Below, piece after piece: positions 10,025-20,172 of a stretch of DNA of 43,581 bases. The notes under the pieces were generated by a model, which had not been told where the DNA came from, made no database searches, and saw nothing but the letters and a program-made list of their open reading frames with translations. Location of the stretch: positions 73,752 through 117,332 of the forward strand of contig JAZKDQ010000014.1 of NCBI GenBank assembly GCA_040387495.1, given 5' to 3'. This DNA comes from Pseudomonadota bacterium (GTDB lineage Bacteria; Pseudomonadota; Alphaproteobacteria; Paracaedibacterales; CAIOTO01). The first letter of the stretch is position 1, and each line of letters begins with the position of its first letter. The translations under genes and the position numbers were made by a program.

Positions 10025-11032
10025 ATGAATATTATGTTTTTTGTTAAATTTATTCTGATAGTTTTTGCATTTACGCAAAGCGGTTTCGCATATGATTCTG
10101 TGATTAAACACTATGACGAACGATGCATCGGTTATATTGAAAAAAGAAACATTGATACTTATACAGATTCTATTCATCAAACCTTATCAACAGAAGATCT
10201 AATTGACCCAAACCTCCACGATTTTGAGAAAAAGAAAAAAGTCATCCAGGCTGTTATGGCCTCTGTGATTATTCACCAGGGAAAGAAAAACTTATCAGGC
10301 AGACTTCCTCAACGAGTGATAAATTCCATTTTCGAAGATCACTTCAAGATTATAATTCTTACAGAAAAAATTTCATTGGGGATTGTTAAAGGTAGGTACG
10401 AGCCTGCAGATTTTCGATTGCTCAAAGAATATAGTGGGATTGAAAAAACCATATTCCTTGATTGGTTTATCGATACATGTCTCGAGCATCAAAGGCCAGA
10501 TCTAGTCCAAAGAATTGAGGAAAGGGAAGCAAGACAGAAAAACCTCCAAAATGAATTGATTCAATTGAGAGCAAAATTAGAAGAAATAAATGTTTTGGAA
10601 AGACAAATTGATAGAAACACTTTAGCCAGAAATCCTCACCACTATGATGGAAATATCCCAAGATGGGCAAATGAGCTTTGGGGCGCATTTGCGGCGTTAA
10701 ATCCCATCAACGTACCAAGCGCAAAAGCAGTTGAAGATAAAATAATGGCAGCAGCAAAAGATATTAATCAAGATGGGTTAATTGCCGAGCGCTATAAGAG
10801 TCTCAGAGGCGCTGGATTCGGCGTTGCTCAAAACCTTTTACAACAAATTGTTGGTTGGAATATTGAAACAGCCGATGGTGGTTATTACGTACCACTTACA
10901 TATGCACTAATACCCGCTGAGGGCTCAACAAATTCAGCAATGTACAACGCTTTTCTTTTTCCTGCAATAAGTACTGTGCAAAATTTATACCTAGAAAAAA
11001 TCCAAGAAATCGAACGTGAAATGCGAAGATAA
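10025..11032 (+). CDS. Secreted hypothetical protein; member 1 of the shared-N-domain family
   Basis: Signal peptide (…QSGFA), N-domain similar to those of 17256-18554 and 33339-34793, then a coiled coil. Confidence 0.8.
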   Translation: MNIMFFVKFILIVFAFTQSGFAYDSVIKHYDERCIGYIEKRNIDTYTDSIHQTLSTEDLIDPNLHDFEKKKKVIQAVMASVIIHQGKKNLSGRLPQRVINSIFEDHFKIIILTEKISLGIVKGRYEPADFRLLKEYSGIEKTIFLDWFIDTCLEHQRPDLVQRIEEREARQKNLQNELIQLRAKLEEINVLERQIDRNTLARNPHHYDGNIPRWANELWGAFAALNPINVPSAKAVEDKIMAAAKDINQDGLIAERYKSLRGAGFGVAQNLLQQIVGWNIETADGGYYVPLTYALIPAEGSTNSAMYNAFLFPAISTVQNLYLEKIQEIEREMRR

Positions 11033-11114
11033 ATCTGGAGGAAGTGCTTTCAGCATGGTGGCAAAAAGATCTGTCGTATATTTGTGGGCACAAAACACCC
11101 AGGCAATCTTAATT

Positions 11115-11142
11115 AAAAAACCCACAAGATTTCTCCCGTGGG
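11115..11142 (-). terminator. Rho-independent terminator of yccA
   Basis: Minus strand CCCACGGGA-GAAA-TCTTGTGGG followed by T6. Confidence 0.8.
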
Positions 11143-11191
11143 GCTTAGTGTTATTGTGTAGTAACCAAGTTGTTATGCGGCACAGTCAAAC

Positions 11192-11899
11192 TTACTTGCG
11201 ATCGCCAAAGATATGCAACAACGACACAAAAATGTTGATGAAATCAAGGTACAACGTTAATGCACCAAACACAGCTTTTTTACCAGCTATTTCTGTGTGA
11301 TCAGATTCTACATAGATTTCTTTGATTTTCTGTGTGTCATATGCTGTTAGGCCTGTGAAAATAATCACACTCAAAATAGAAATCAAAAGTTGCATTGCGC
11401 TGCTGTGCATAAACATATTCACAACACTTGCAAGAATTACGCCCCAAAGACCCATGATCATAAATGATCCCATGGATGTTAGGTCTTTCTTTGTTGTGTA
11501 CCCATAAAGGCTCATTGAACCAAATAGAGATGCTGTAATAAAGAAAACGCGAGCAATACTTTCACCGGTAAAGTGTGCAAGCATAAAGGATAGCGACACG
11601 CCCATCAATGCTGCATATACCCAAAAGAGCATTTGCGCAGTGGATGCTTCTATTTTATCCATACGAACGCTTAAAAACATTACAACACCAAAGGGTGCCA
11701 ACATGAAAAGCAAAGCGAAGGGCTTTAAGCTGCCTAATAGGTGAGGATTGGATGCGATAAGATACGCAATTACACCAGTTAACCCGATACCAAGTGCCAT
11801 GTAGTTATATACACGCAGCATGAATGTGCGCAGACCTTCGTCGATTGCGGAAACGGTCGTTCCATTGCGGAAAATTGGTTGATCATCAAAACGTGACAT
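11192..11899 (-). CDS. yccA: Bax inhibitor-1/YccA family membrane protein
   Basis: IDEGLRTFMLRVYNYM, YGYTTKKDLT, TAYDTQKIK and GALTLYLDFINIF motifs; about 7 TM segments. Confidence 0.93.
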   Translation of the reverse strand: MSRFDDQPIFRNGTTVSAIDEGLRTFMLRVYNYMALGIGLTGVIAYLIASNPHLLGSLKPFALLFMLAPFGVVMFLSVRMDKIEASTAQMLFWVYAALMGVSLSFMLAHFTGESIARVFFITASLFGSMSLYGYTTKKDLTSMGSFMIMGLWGVILASVVNMFMHSSAMQLLISILSVIIFTGLTAYDTQKIKEIYVESDHTEIAGKKAVFGALTLYLDFINIFVSLLHIFGDRK

Positions 11900-12125
11900 A
11901 AATAATTAGCTCCTGAGTCTGTTTTTCTCGATATCGTTATTCTAACCCGAAAATTATCGTTTGTCATGTTTTTCTTTTATACTAATAAAAAGAATATATT
12001 AGGTGTTTGTAGTAGTGGTGCTGTGAATAATGGGGATAACTTTGTTATTAACAGACTTATCCACATGATAACATAGGTTTAGACGGTGAGTTTACCTAAT
12101 GAGCTGGGTGGTTATCCACAGGGTG

Positions 12126-12233
12126 TGTATAAACAACCTTTCCCTGTGCATAAAAGAGGGGTTATACACAGGGGTAAAAAGTTGTTAACAGTTTGTTAAC
12201 CTTTCACGGATGTTATCCACAGGGTTATCCACA
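12126..12233 (+). repeat. Direct repeat copy A (right half of oriC)
   Basis: 108 bp, closely matched by 17127-17233. Confidence 0.92.
12185..12200 (+). promoter_or_regulatory. CtrA binding site within the oriC candidate
   Basis: TTAA-CAGTTTG-TTAAC is an exact match to the TTAA-N7-TTAAC consensus. Confidence 0.75.
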
Positions 12234-12248
12234 GGTTGCCTTGCTGTC

Positions 12249-15200
12249 TTAATGTAACCCTTGATTTTTACCCATATCAATAACCTTTGAATCAGAAGTA
12301 ACTGGGGCAATAGCGCCAATACCTGATTTCTTTCTCATCGCCAAAAGACGTTTTAAATATGGTGTTGCTCCGTTATCTTCGTCTATATGCTTTACCAGTT
12401 GATCCAACGTTAAACCAGTAGATGTTTTAAATTCAAGTAGCTCTTGGTTTTCTTCAACGATTTTTTTCAGCAACACTTCGTGTTTAAATAACAGGATAAA
12501 TCGAGGGTATGCATCATTATCATCATCCGCCCTAGCTAACTTTGAAATATTTGCCCGGGCCAATTTTTCAACAACATTTTCGGGAAAACATTGTAAACCG
12601 AGCGCTAAGAAGTCCTTACCAGGTGCTGTGTTGTTAAAGATAGAAAGTGCTTGATCAACAATAAGTTTTGTTAAATTTGGTGAGTTTGTGTCTGCCATGC
12701 ATAATAAACTTCTCATTTGATCTGCTGTCAGTTGATTTAACACATTCGCACAACCTGCCCATTTTAATACCGCCTCTGTTGCTTTTAACTGGAAAACAGG
12801 ACCATAAGTTGTGGGCATTAGGAGTGGTGGCGTGTTGTACCCACTAGCAGTATCACGTGCTTTTAAAACAACATCGGCCCTTGCCTTTAGTTGATATGGT
12901 AGATAGTAAAATGCACCCACCTTTTTGCTGTTATTGGATGGGTTCAAGGCAGCATATCGTTGATACGCTGGATCCATGCTTTTTAGTATTTGATCAAGGA
13001 TACGCGGAATAAAAAACACATTTTCATCTTTAAAAAGATCATTTATAAATTGTTGATCGAAAAGAGAGAAATCAATCGTTTCAATTTTAGACATAAATGT
13101 CGCAGGTGTTTTTTTAAACTCTTCTGTTAGTTTGTAGGCCAACGATGCTCTTTCGTTTTTAACTGTCTGTTTTGTATCTGATATTTTAAGGCGCCCATCA
13201 AGGTTGCCGTGTAGGTGTGGAACTATTCTTGTTATATCTGAGTAACAGTCACTATCAATAGCTCTGTTTAATTGGTCTTGTAATAATGGTTGTCTTTTTA
13301 TATTTGATGCAATTTTTTTATCAATAATATTTTTGTATTTTTTTGCAACAGAAAACGGAGGTGTTGGGTAAAAATAAGAAACAGATAAAGGCATTTTTTT
13401 TATGATGCGCCATGCTTTTTCTTTTGAGTCTACAATTCTTTTTAAATTGGAATACCATGTTTGTTCTTTTGTGGATCGTTTGCGTAATATTTTTTCCGGG
13501 ATGTGATCCTCATAATATGTCAACAAATCGCTTGATGGGCAATTTTCCAAGACATTTTTAATAATCGATGCGCGATTTGTTTGCAGCGCTGTTTCTAGTT
13601 GGGAAATCCACACTTGGGCGGCATCTGCAGAAAAAGGATTTTTGTACCATAGCCAAGAATTAACACTAGAGTTAATTTTATGTTTAAAAAAAGCATAAAA
13701 TTTGGGGTTAATGTGATCTTTTAATGAGCCACCTGTCTGTTTAATGTGTTTTTCAAGATAGTTGAAGAAACCAGGGGACATGGAGCGTCCTTTTTTGAAT
13801 TCAATCAAGGCATGATTAAGCACACTTAAACCATTAGCGTTGTGAATGCTTAAAAAATCATTTTGAAATGAAAAGTCAGACTCTTGAAGATTCTGTAGAT
13901 ATGGTAGCTCAAACAAAAAAGGATTTCCGGTGTCGGGGTTTTCCGTTTGAAGGTCTAGCCCACTTTTAAAGAGATGGAGAATGTGTTGTTGCATCCATGT
14001 TTTTGTTGGATTTTCTTTTAAAAAACTAAGAAAAAGACTTGCAAATTTTGCAAGGGTTACAAGTTGGCGTTTTGTGGCTGCTTTTATGCACTCTCCCCAC
14101 TTGTCTAAAGAGCGATCAACCGACACTATGGTTTCTTTAATGTCTTCTTCTGTATAAGACCAAATAGACCTGTTTATCAGCTTAACGGCATAGTCATCGC
14201 CGGTTTTTAAAATGGTGCGCCCTATCTTTTGTTTTATCTTATCAGAGACACCAGAAAAGTCGTAATGTTTTAAAATATATCTAAACGAGGATTTAAGTTC
14301 TTCATCCACTCCCGTTGTTATTTTTGTTAATACACTTTCGATACTTAGTATGTCATTTAATTTTTTATTATTTGGATCTTTATGAATAATTTCTGTTACT
14401 ACATATTTTGTGACAGTATAGCTACCACTGGCCAATGCTGCATTACAAAGTGTTACTGGATCAATGGATTGCACCAAATCTGGACATGTTTCCACCAATG
14501 TTTTAAGGGCCTCGATATGACCAAAACGTGCCAAATGTAAGAGGCTGTGTGTGTTTGGTACATCTTCATGTGTATTTCCTGTGACGCCTTTAAAAACCAT
14601 TTTGTACAAATCGCGTGCAGCAGGGGCTTCCATTAAGCTTCCTGGGATAAGCGCTGTTCGTTGAGAAAACCAATACCCTAAGTTAGCGGCAGTTGTTTTG
14701 GAAAGTTCCTTTTCGAAACGTTTCTTTTTCTCGGGGGTGAGTGGAAAAAAATCCAAACCATGCATTTTAAGTTGAGATTCATCATCGGCAAGCGATGGGT
14801 GGAGTGATAAACGCACTTCCCCATAAAGGCCTGTTTTTTTTCTGGTTTCTTCTGTACGTGTTGAGTCGATTTTTCCATCTGCTGTTTTTGGTTCAAAGTC
14901 TTCTTTGCCTGCTTGTGCAACGCGTTCATATTCAGCTTGTGCATTTTGATAAGCAGTTAGAGCTACTTTTTCATCCATATAATCGGTCGCACCATACTCG
15001 GTCAGTGCATCAGGCTTGATAAATAGTTGCAGCAACATTGCGTTACCATAAGGTGTGCCTGTATCGGCAATAAATTGTTGAAATAACGATTCATAGGGGG
15101 CGTAGCTTAAATCCATCCCTAAAAGCGCCGTTCCCTCTTCAAATCGTTTGGAAACATTTGGATCTGCAACACTGTGATTGTTTCCCCAATATTCAACGGA

Positions 15201-16865
15201 TGAGGACGTTGATCTGGATGTTGCGCGCCCTGCAGTAAGTACAAAGTTTCCAAAAATACGACGATCGCGATTACCATTATCATAATGGCTATCACCATTT
15301 CGTGTGGCATCATCGATCATGTTTGTAAGATCACGGAAATAAAGATCGGTATAACGAAGACGTGTTAATCGATCTGTTTGACTTAAGGTTAGATGGTTAT
15401 GCAAGCTTGATGCAATACGGAATGCGTGACCATTCTCATCGTTTGTGCCGTGATAAATTGGGTAAAAACCTGTCTTTTCCCACTCCGTCCGTTCTGAATC
15501 CATTACATCGGCGAGACGCTCAATATAGCGTTCATCAATAACAAGCTCGCGTTTGAATTCGCCTTTTCCATCAGCGATTTTGTTTTTGTATTCCATGCTG
15601 TTGTATGTATAAAAGTATTTTCTTAAGTTGGTAATGTTGGCTGAACGGTGTGGACTTGCTTGGCTTGCATGCTGTGGGTCTTTGGGTTCCGCGTATTCTT
15701 TCTCTAAGACCAGCATAAGGTGCCCTTCGGTCATGGTGTATCGGCCGTGCACAGTCTCAATTTTAGGACGCAAAGAATGCACAGTAAATTTTTCTGTTTT
15801 ATCTAAAATAATAGGAGAATTAAGGGCAGCCATACGCTTTTTCTCAGCCTCTGACTTAAGTTCTATTGTCACGCGTTGACGAAAGGCCTCGGTGTACGCA
15901 AATTCTTTTTCTTCGTGTGCAGTAAACTGAACTTTTTCGTAAGCATTTGGAACAATCTTCATTTTATCAAGGTTGTGACCAAGCTTCTTTAGTTTTTTAA
16001 TGAGTTTGAGTTCTTCTTTGGCCTCAGCTGCATTATTGTTCGCTCTCTTCTGCGCCCTTGCAGCTATTGCCAGAGAGTTGTGTGCCAAATTATCCCGTGG
16101 GGAAACTTTACCATTATCATGATTTGTGTAATCTTCTTCCCTTACGTAACTTGCCTTTTGCGGCGCGCCTAATGGAATAGGCCGCTTACCTTGCGCTAAT
16201 TGTTCTAACATATGCCGATAAAACGGCGTTGATAGCATGTCGTACAGTGGTCCATAAAGTGTAACCTCTTCAAGGTCGTCTGTTTTAACGTTTACTTTTC
16301 CGTTTTTAACCGCACCTAATAAATCTTCTACATTAAATGTTTTAAAGCGCCTGTATTCTTTGCTGTGTCCATCGGTGGCATCGGCAAGTTTTTTGTCAAA
16401 TCTTTCCGCTGAAACATATTTAGTTTCATAAAAATACATACGATACAGTTGGGATTTTTCAGCCAAATACAAATCCGCAAAAGGTGCCCGTAACAAAAGA
16501 TGTGGGTGCGTAGCGAATATGTTAAATGATTCTTCGGCAGCTTCACGGCCCGCTGTTACATGAAGTGTTCCATCATCTGGATCTGATTTGCCACCAAAGT
16601 TACAAAAACCATCATCATCATCGCGCTGTCCCAGGATAACCTTGTAATTATTATGCTTGTCGCGCATATAATACAACACGCCAGCGGCTGTATGCTGTGC
16701 ATCAGCCTTAAAAAATCTGGTTGTTTGTTGTGGCTTGGTTCCGGTCGTTGATACGAAAGATTCAACCTCGGTGAATTCTTTTAATACAGCATAAGCAGAG
16801 GTGCACACGGCTTGATTGAAAACGCACGTCAGCAATAAGGAAGAAGTAAATTTCTTAAGGTTCAT
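12249..16865 (-). CDS. Large secreted multidomain effector-like protein: NUDIX hydrolase, putative ART-like region, ankyrin-like/helical repeats
   Basis: Signal peptide (…TSAYA); Nudix box GGKSDPDDGTLHVTAGREAAEESF at aa ~91-114; YHGT at aa ~471; ankyrin-like LLHLARFGHIEALKTLVE and NANGLSVLNHAL. Confidence 0.85.
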   Translation of the reverse strand: MNLKKFTSSLLLTCVFNQAVCTSAYAVLKEFTEVESFVSTTGTKPQQTTRFFKADAQHTAAGVLYYMRDKHNNYKVILGQRDDDDGFCNFGGKSDPDDGTLHVTAGREAAEESFNIFATHPHLLLRAPFADLYLAEKSQLYRMYFYETKYVSAERFDKKLADATDGHSKEYRRFKTFNVEDLLGAVKNGKVNVKTDDLEEVTLYGPLYDMLSTPFYRHMLEQLAQGKRPIPLGAPQKASYVREEDYTNHDNGKVSPRDNLAHNSLAIAARAQKRANNNAAEAKEELKLIKKLKKLGHNLDKMKIVPNAYEKVQFTAHEEKEFAYTEAFRQRVTIELKSEAEKKRMAALNSPIILDKTEKFTVHSLRPKIETVHGRYTMTEGHLMLVLEKEYAEPKDPQHASQASPHRSANITNLRKYFYTYNSMEYKNKIADGKGEFKRELVIDERYIERLADVMDSERTEWEKTGFYPIYHGTNDENGHAFRIASSLHNHLTLSQTDRLTRLRYTDLYFRDLTNMIDDATRNGDSHYDNGNRDRRIFGNFVLTAGRATSRSTSSSVEYWGNNHSVADPNVSKRFEEGTALLGMDLSYAPYESLFQQFIADTGTPYGNAMLLQLFIKPDALTEYGATDYMDEKVALTAYQNAQAEYERVAQAGKEDFEPKTADGKIDSTRTEETRKKTGLYGEVRLSLHPSLADDESQLKMHGLDFFPLTPEKKKRFEKELSKTTAANLGYWFSQRTALIPGSLMEAPAARDLYKMVFKGVTGNTHEDVPNTHSLLHLARFGHIEALKTLVETCPDLVQSIDPVTLCNAALASGSYTVTKYVVTEIIHKDPNNKKLNDILSIESVLTKITTGVDEELKSSFRYILKHYDFSGVSDKIKQKIGRTILKTGDDYAVKLINRSIWSYTEEDIKETIVSVDRSLDKWGECIKAATKRQLVTLAKFASLFLSFLKENPTKTWMQQHILHLFKSGLDLQTENPDTGNPFLFELPYLQNLQESDFSFQNDFLSIHNANGLSVLNHALIEFKKGRSMSPGFFNYLEKHIKQTGGSLKDHINPKFYAFFKHKINSSVNSWLWYKNPFSADAAQVWISQLETALQTNRASIIKNVLENCPSSDLLTYYEDHIPEKILRKRSTKEQTWYSNLKRIVDSKEKAWRIIKKMPLSVSYFYPTPPFSVAKKYKNIIDKKIASNIKRQPLLQDQLNRAIDSDCYSDITRIVPHLHGNLDGRLKISDTKQTVKNERASLAYKLTEEFKKTPATFMSKIETIDFSLFDQQFINDLFKDENVFFIPRILDQILKSMDPAYQRYAALNPSNNSKKVGAFYYLPYQLKARADVVLKARDTASGYNTPPLLMPTTYGPVFQLKATEAVLKWAGCANVLNQLTADQMRSLLCMADTNSPNLTKLIVDQALSIFNNTAPGKDFLALGLQCFPENVVEKLARANISKLARADDDNDAYPRFILLFKHEVLLKKIVEENQELLEFKTSTGLTLDQLVKHIDEDNGATPYLKRLLAMRKKSGIGAIAPVTSDSKVIDMGKNQGLH

Positions 16866-17126
16866 ATCAGTCTCTGCAAAAAAATAAAAATTTCAAATAA
16901 AAATAAAACAACAATAGTTGCAATGTTTATTAATTAGAATTTTATATTTATATTTTCAACAGTAATCTGATGGATTGGTTTTTTATTCAAAATTTATTGA
17001 TTTTTATCAGAAAAGAGCGAATTAAGTACGCATTGGTTTGTAGCTGTTCAACTATAAATTGATGAAGGCAGAGACACACCGAAAGCATCACTGTTCACAT
17101 AACGTCAGGGAGAGAATCTGCTTTTT

Positions 17127-17233
17127 TGTATAAACAACATTTCCCTGTGCATAAAAGGGGGGTTATACACAGGGGTAAAAAGTTGTTAACAGTTGTTAAT
17201 CTTTTACACACACTATCCACAGGGTTATTCACA
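17127..17233 (+). repeat. Direct repeat copy B (decayed copy of the oriC right half)
   Basis: The first ~65 bp are nearly identical to copy A. The CtrA spacer is shortened to N6 and the two terminal boxes are changed to CTATCCACA and TTATTCACA. Confidence 0.92.
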
Positions 17234-17255
17234 AAGCTGGCGCCGTGCTTTGATG

Positions 17256-18554
17256 TTATATAGTCGCATGTTGGCTAAATAAAAGGTTACCTGCTGTGAA
17301 TAAGTATGACATTAAACTATTATCCACCTTCTTCTTCTCCTTGGCTTTTGGTGATCCCTGCCAACCAGGAGAAGTTGTCTCTGTAACAACCCAATTATCT
17401 TGATTATCGTTAACCTCGTTTTCACCATTCTCATCTTTTTGTTTATAACAAGCCGAATCGGGAGATGAGCATGCTGATACGCTTTCTATGTTGACGTCGG
17501 GGCTTGTTAGTTTTGGTTTGGTCGAAGTGTTCTCTGTTTGATTGTTCGATAAAGAAATCGATTCAAAATCTTCATCATCATCTTCTTTGTCGCTATTATC
17601 CCCATCACTTTCCTCCTCTTGTTCTCTATCAAGGAAGCCTGCTGTTGAGCTGGATTCATCAGATACAGACCCCGTTGAGGAGGTTGGTTTATTGTTGTCA
17701 TCAAGATCTTCTGGTGTTGTGTGGGAAGAATCAAAGCTCGCTTCATCACAATTAATGGTGTTAAAATACCCATCTCCTAAACTCACATCTTTCTTTACTC
17801 TACTTTGTGTATCAAGCCTTGGAGTTGAATATCGAGGAGAGTGGAGTGTAGAAGCTCGTTTCTTTGGTGTGGTGAAGTCGCTATCCGGTTCGTTTTTTGA
17901 TAGCTGAAGAGGGCTGCGCTGGTTGACTTTTTTTGCGATTGCCGTGTTTACAATCTGCTCATTTAAGGTTTTTTTGGCAAACACAGTATTATCAAGAATG
18001 TTAATTGCTTGTCGTTTAGTAAGACCATCGTTGTGTTCAGAAAGAGCCTCGTTAAACCAAAGAGAAAACATATCTTGTGTGATTTGGCCAAATTCATCAA
18101 GTTCTTTGTGGTCGTTCCACTGATTCGATAACAATTCACGATCAATGGTTTTATTGCCATCTTTGTCTAATAACCCCCTTGCTAATTTATCCGAAAGCGC
18201 CTCTGTTTGTTCTAGAATTTTAAAATGTTTATAATTTTTGTCTTTTTTATCCAGTTTCTTAAACGATAACCTGTATTGTTCTGGGTTTTTATGAACAAAA
18301 AATTTGGCCATAGTTGTTTTAATGATCAATTTTTTTTGATCAAATGTTGCCTGAACATTTGAAACTTTGTCGTAATCGGAAAGTAATTTATTAGAATTTT
18401 CAGTGTGTTGAGCAAATAATTCTTCTCTGTTTGGGTTCGCGTTAAATTTTCCACGGCGATATTTGTTTTCATCCTCAAGATATTCACATGAAAAGCTTTG
18501 CATCGAAATAAAAAATGTAAAAAGTATGCTTTTGCAATAAGATCTGACTTTCAT
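17256..18554 (-). CDS. Secreted hypothetical protein; member 2 of the shared-N-domain family, with an acidic disordered C-terminal half
   Basis: Signal peptide (…MQSFS), shared N-domain, and a D/E/S-rich tail. The ATG at 18554 follows a GAGG RBS. Confidence 0.8.
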   Translation of the reverse strand: MKVRSYCKSILFTFFISMQSFSCEYLEDENKYRRGKFNANPNREELFAQHTENSNKLLSDYDKVSNVQATFDQKKLIIKTTMAKFFVHKNPEQYRLSFKKLDKKDKNYKHFKILEQTEALSDKLARGLLDKDGNKTIDRELLSNQWNDHKELDEFGQITQDMFSLWFNEALSEHNDGLTKRQAINILDNTVFAKKTLNEQIVNTAIAKKVNQRSPLQLSKNEPDSDFTTPKKRASTLHSPRYSTPRLDTQSRVKKDVSLGDGYFNTINCDEASFDSSHTTPEDLDDNNKPTSSTGSVSDESSSTAGFLDREQEEESDGDNSDKEDDDEDFESISLSNNQTENTSTKPKLTSPDVNIESVSACSSPDSACYKQKDENGENEVNDNQDNWVVTETTSPGWQGSPKAKEKKKVDNSLMSYLFTAGNLLFSQHATI

Positions 18555-19026
18555 TTTGATCACCTCGTTTGTAATGTTTTGTTTACATTGTAACGTTTAA
18601 TTCATACTGGCTTTTTAAACAGAAAAAAACGTAATTTGAATCACAGTTTTATGTATAAATCGGAACTACTTAATTAAAATATTCATTGTCTTACCATTAA
18701 CAATATACCGACTTATTTTTACTCTTCGTCTAATTGATAAAGATATAGCACGTTTTTAGTTTTAATTTTAATTGAATTCCATATCAAGATTCTCCAGCCA
18801 GAGACATTAATGCTATGGCGGGGTGTGTAAATCTTGCTTCGCAGTGGTTTTTTAAATCACTCTTTTGACGTGATCTTTTGTATGGAGTGTTGGCACGGCA
18901 GAGCGGTATACAGCTGAGGTGTTGCTGGAATGTGTAGAGCAGAGCTGGCGATGGTTGATAATAAAAATTTAGGATGTCGATTCTCATCAAACATCCTAAG
19001 GTATCTACGTTATTATGAACAAAATT

Positions 19027-20172
19027 CTAAGCATCTGAATCATCATCAGATGTATCGCTGTATGGGTCGCCTTCACTTTCGCTGTCTCCGCCAAATACTT
19101 CTAGCAACTCTTGGTGAATGTCTTCACGCTTAGAATGCTTTGCTTGATCTCCACCACGTAATTTGCGAATGACTCTTTTTGTTGCTTTGCCGCGATGATC
19201 TTCGCTTGGGGCTCCCTCGAAAGCGGAATAAGTACCAAAGGAATATTCGGAAGAATGCTTGCTTGGTGCATGAAAGAAATCTTGTAGTGATAATTCTTTC
19301 TGTTTTTCTTGTAGGGAAAGCTTTAATGCGCCCACAATCGCACATGCAACAGGAACGTTATCAAGTACGTTTCGATCCTAATTCATGAAGTTTATTTTCC
19401 ATTTTTCATGGCCTAGATTCTGAGCGCGCTGGGTATTACGTGCTTTGCTTTGAGCAATATCATCATGAAATGCTGGATTTAATGGATTATTAACAATATT
19501 GGAATCTTGAAGGCGTCGTGCAACCTCAAAATCTAAAAGCACATTCAATCTTTCTAAATCTACAATTTCCCCTTCATGTGAAAGTCTGGGATAACGAATT
19601 GAGTAATGATATGAGCCATCATCCTTTTTGCGTGCTTTTAAAAGTTTTTTAGCTATTTTTTTTTGATATGATGTCTTGTATATATCTAAAACAGGATGTA
19701 TTTCTCTGTGCATTCCTATTCCCGCAACAATACCATTACCGGGTTGTCGTAAAATTGGAGTTAACTTAATATTAAATTCCTTCTCGTTAAGCAAAAACGG
19801 AATCGCTTGATCTTCACCCTTTACAGCCGCTGTTAACTCACGAAATAGAAAAATACGTGAACGTGAAGATAATCCATCAAGACTAATTCGTGTAAGGGCA
19901 TTTCTAGCCTGAAGTTCTGTTTTGAATTGTTGTACGGCAGCGCGAACGACTGGCTTTGTGGACAACCTTTTGAAAAATCTATTATTCACTCCTTGATGCC
20001 GAGTGTATTCTACATCAGTATCATATTCTTCTTCTATTTCTGCCTTTTCTTGTGCGACAATCTTTAATACCGCTCCAATATCGTTTAGATCATCTAGGCC
20101 TTTATTTCCTGCATGTAATAAATGCAATTGTGAAATTATAACAACCGTAGATAAAACTATTTTTACAATCAT
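19027..20172 (-). pseudogene. Secreted hypothetical protein interrupted by one in-frame TAG (19378-19380)
   Basis: ORFs 19378-20172 and 19027-19335 share a frame; the read-through is …KINFMN*DRNVLDNVPVACAIVGALK…. Confidence 0.7.

Larger units (their letters stand above)
11965..12240. other. Probable chromosomal replication origin (oriC)
   Basis: Perfect TTATCCACA boxes at 12057, 12112, 12213 and 12225. TTATNCACA-type boxes at 12022(-), 12124(-), 12145(-) and 12162; 1-mismatch boxes at 12031 and 12045. Also TAG-TAG-TGG trios, an AT-rich left flank and a CtrA box. Confidence 0.85.

Noticed and set aside
17065..17121. Glycine-riboswitch-like words (AGAGA…CACCGAA…TCAGG)
   Set aside because: Single incomplete aptamer, stems do not fit well, and it is on the strand opposite to the neighbouring genes.
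18784..19020. Third copy of the oriC repeat or a small gene
   Set aside because: Only ~9-10 bp chance-level matches and no DnaA boxes; the short ORFs lack coding features.
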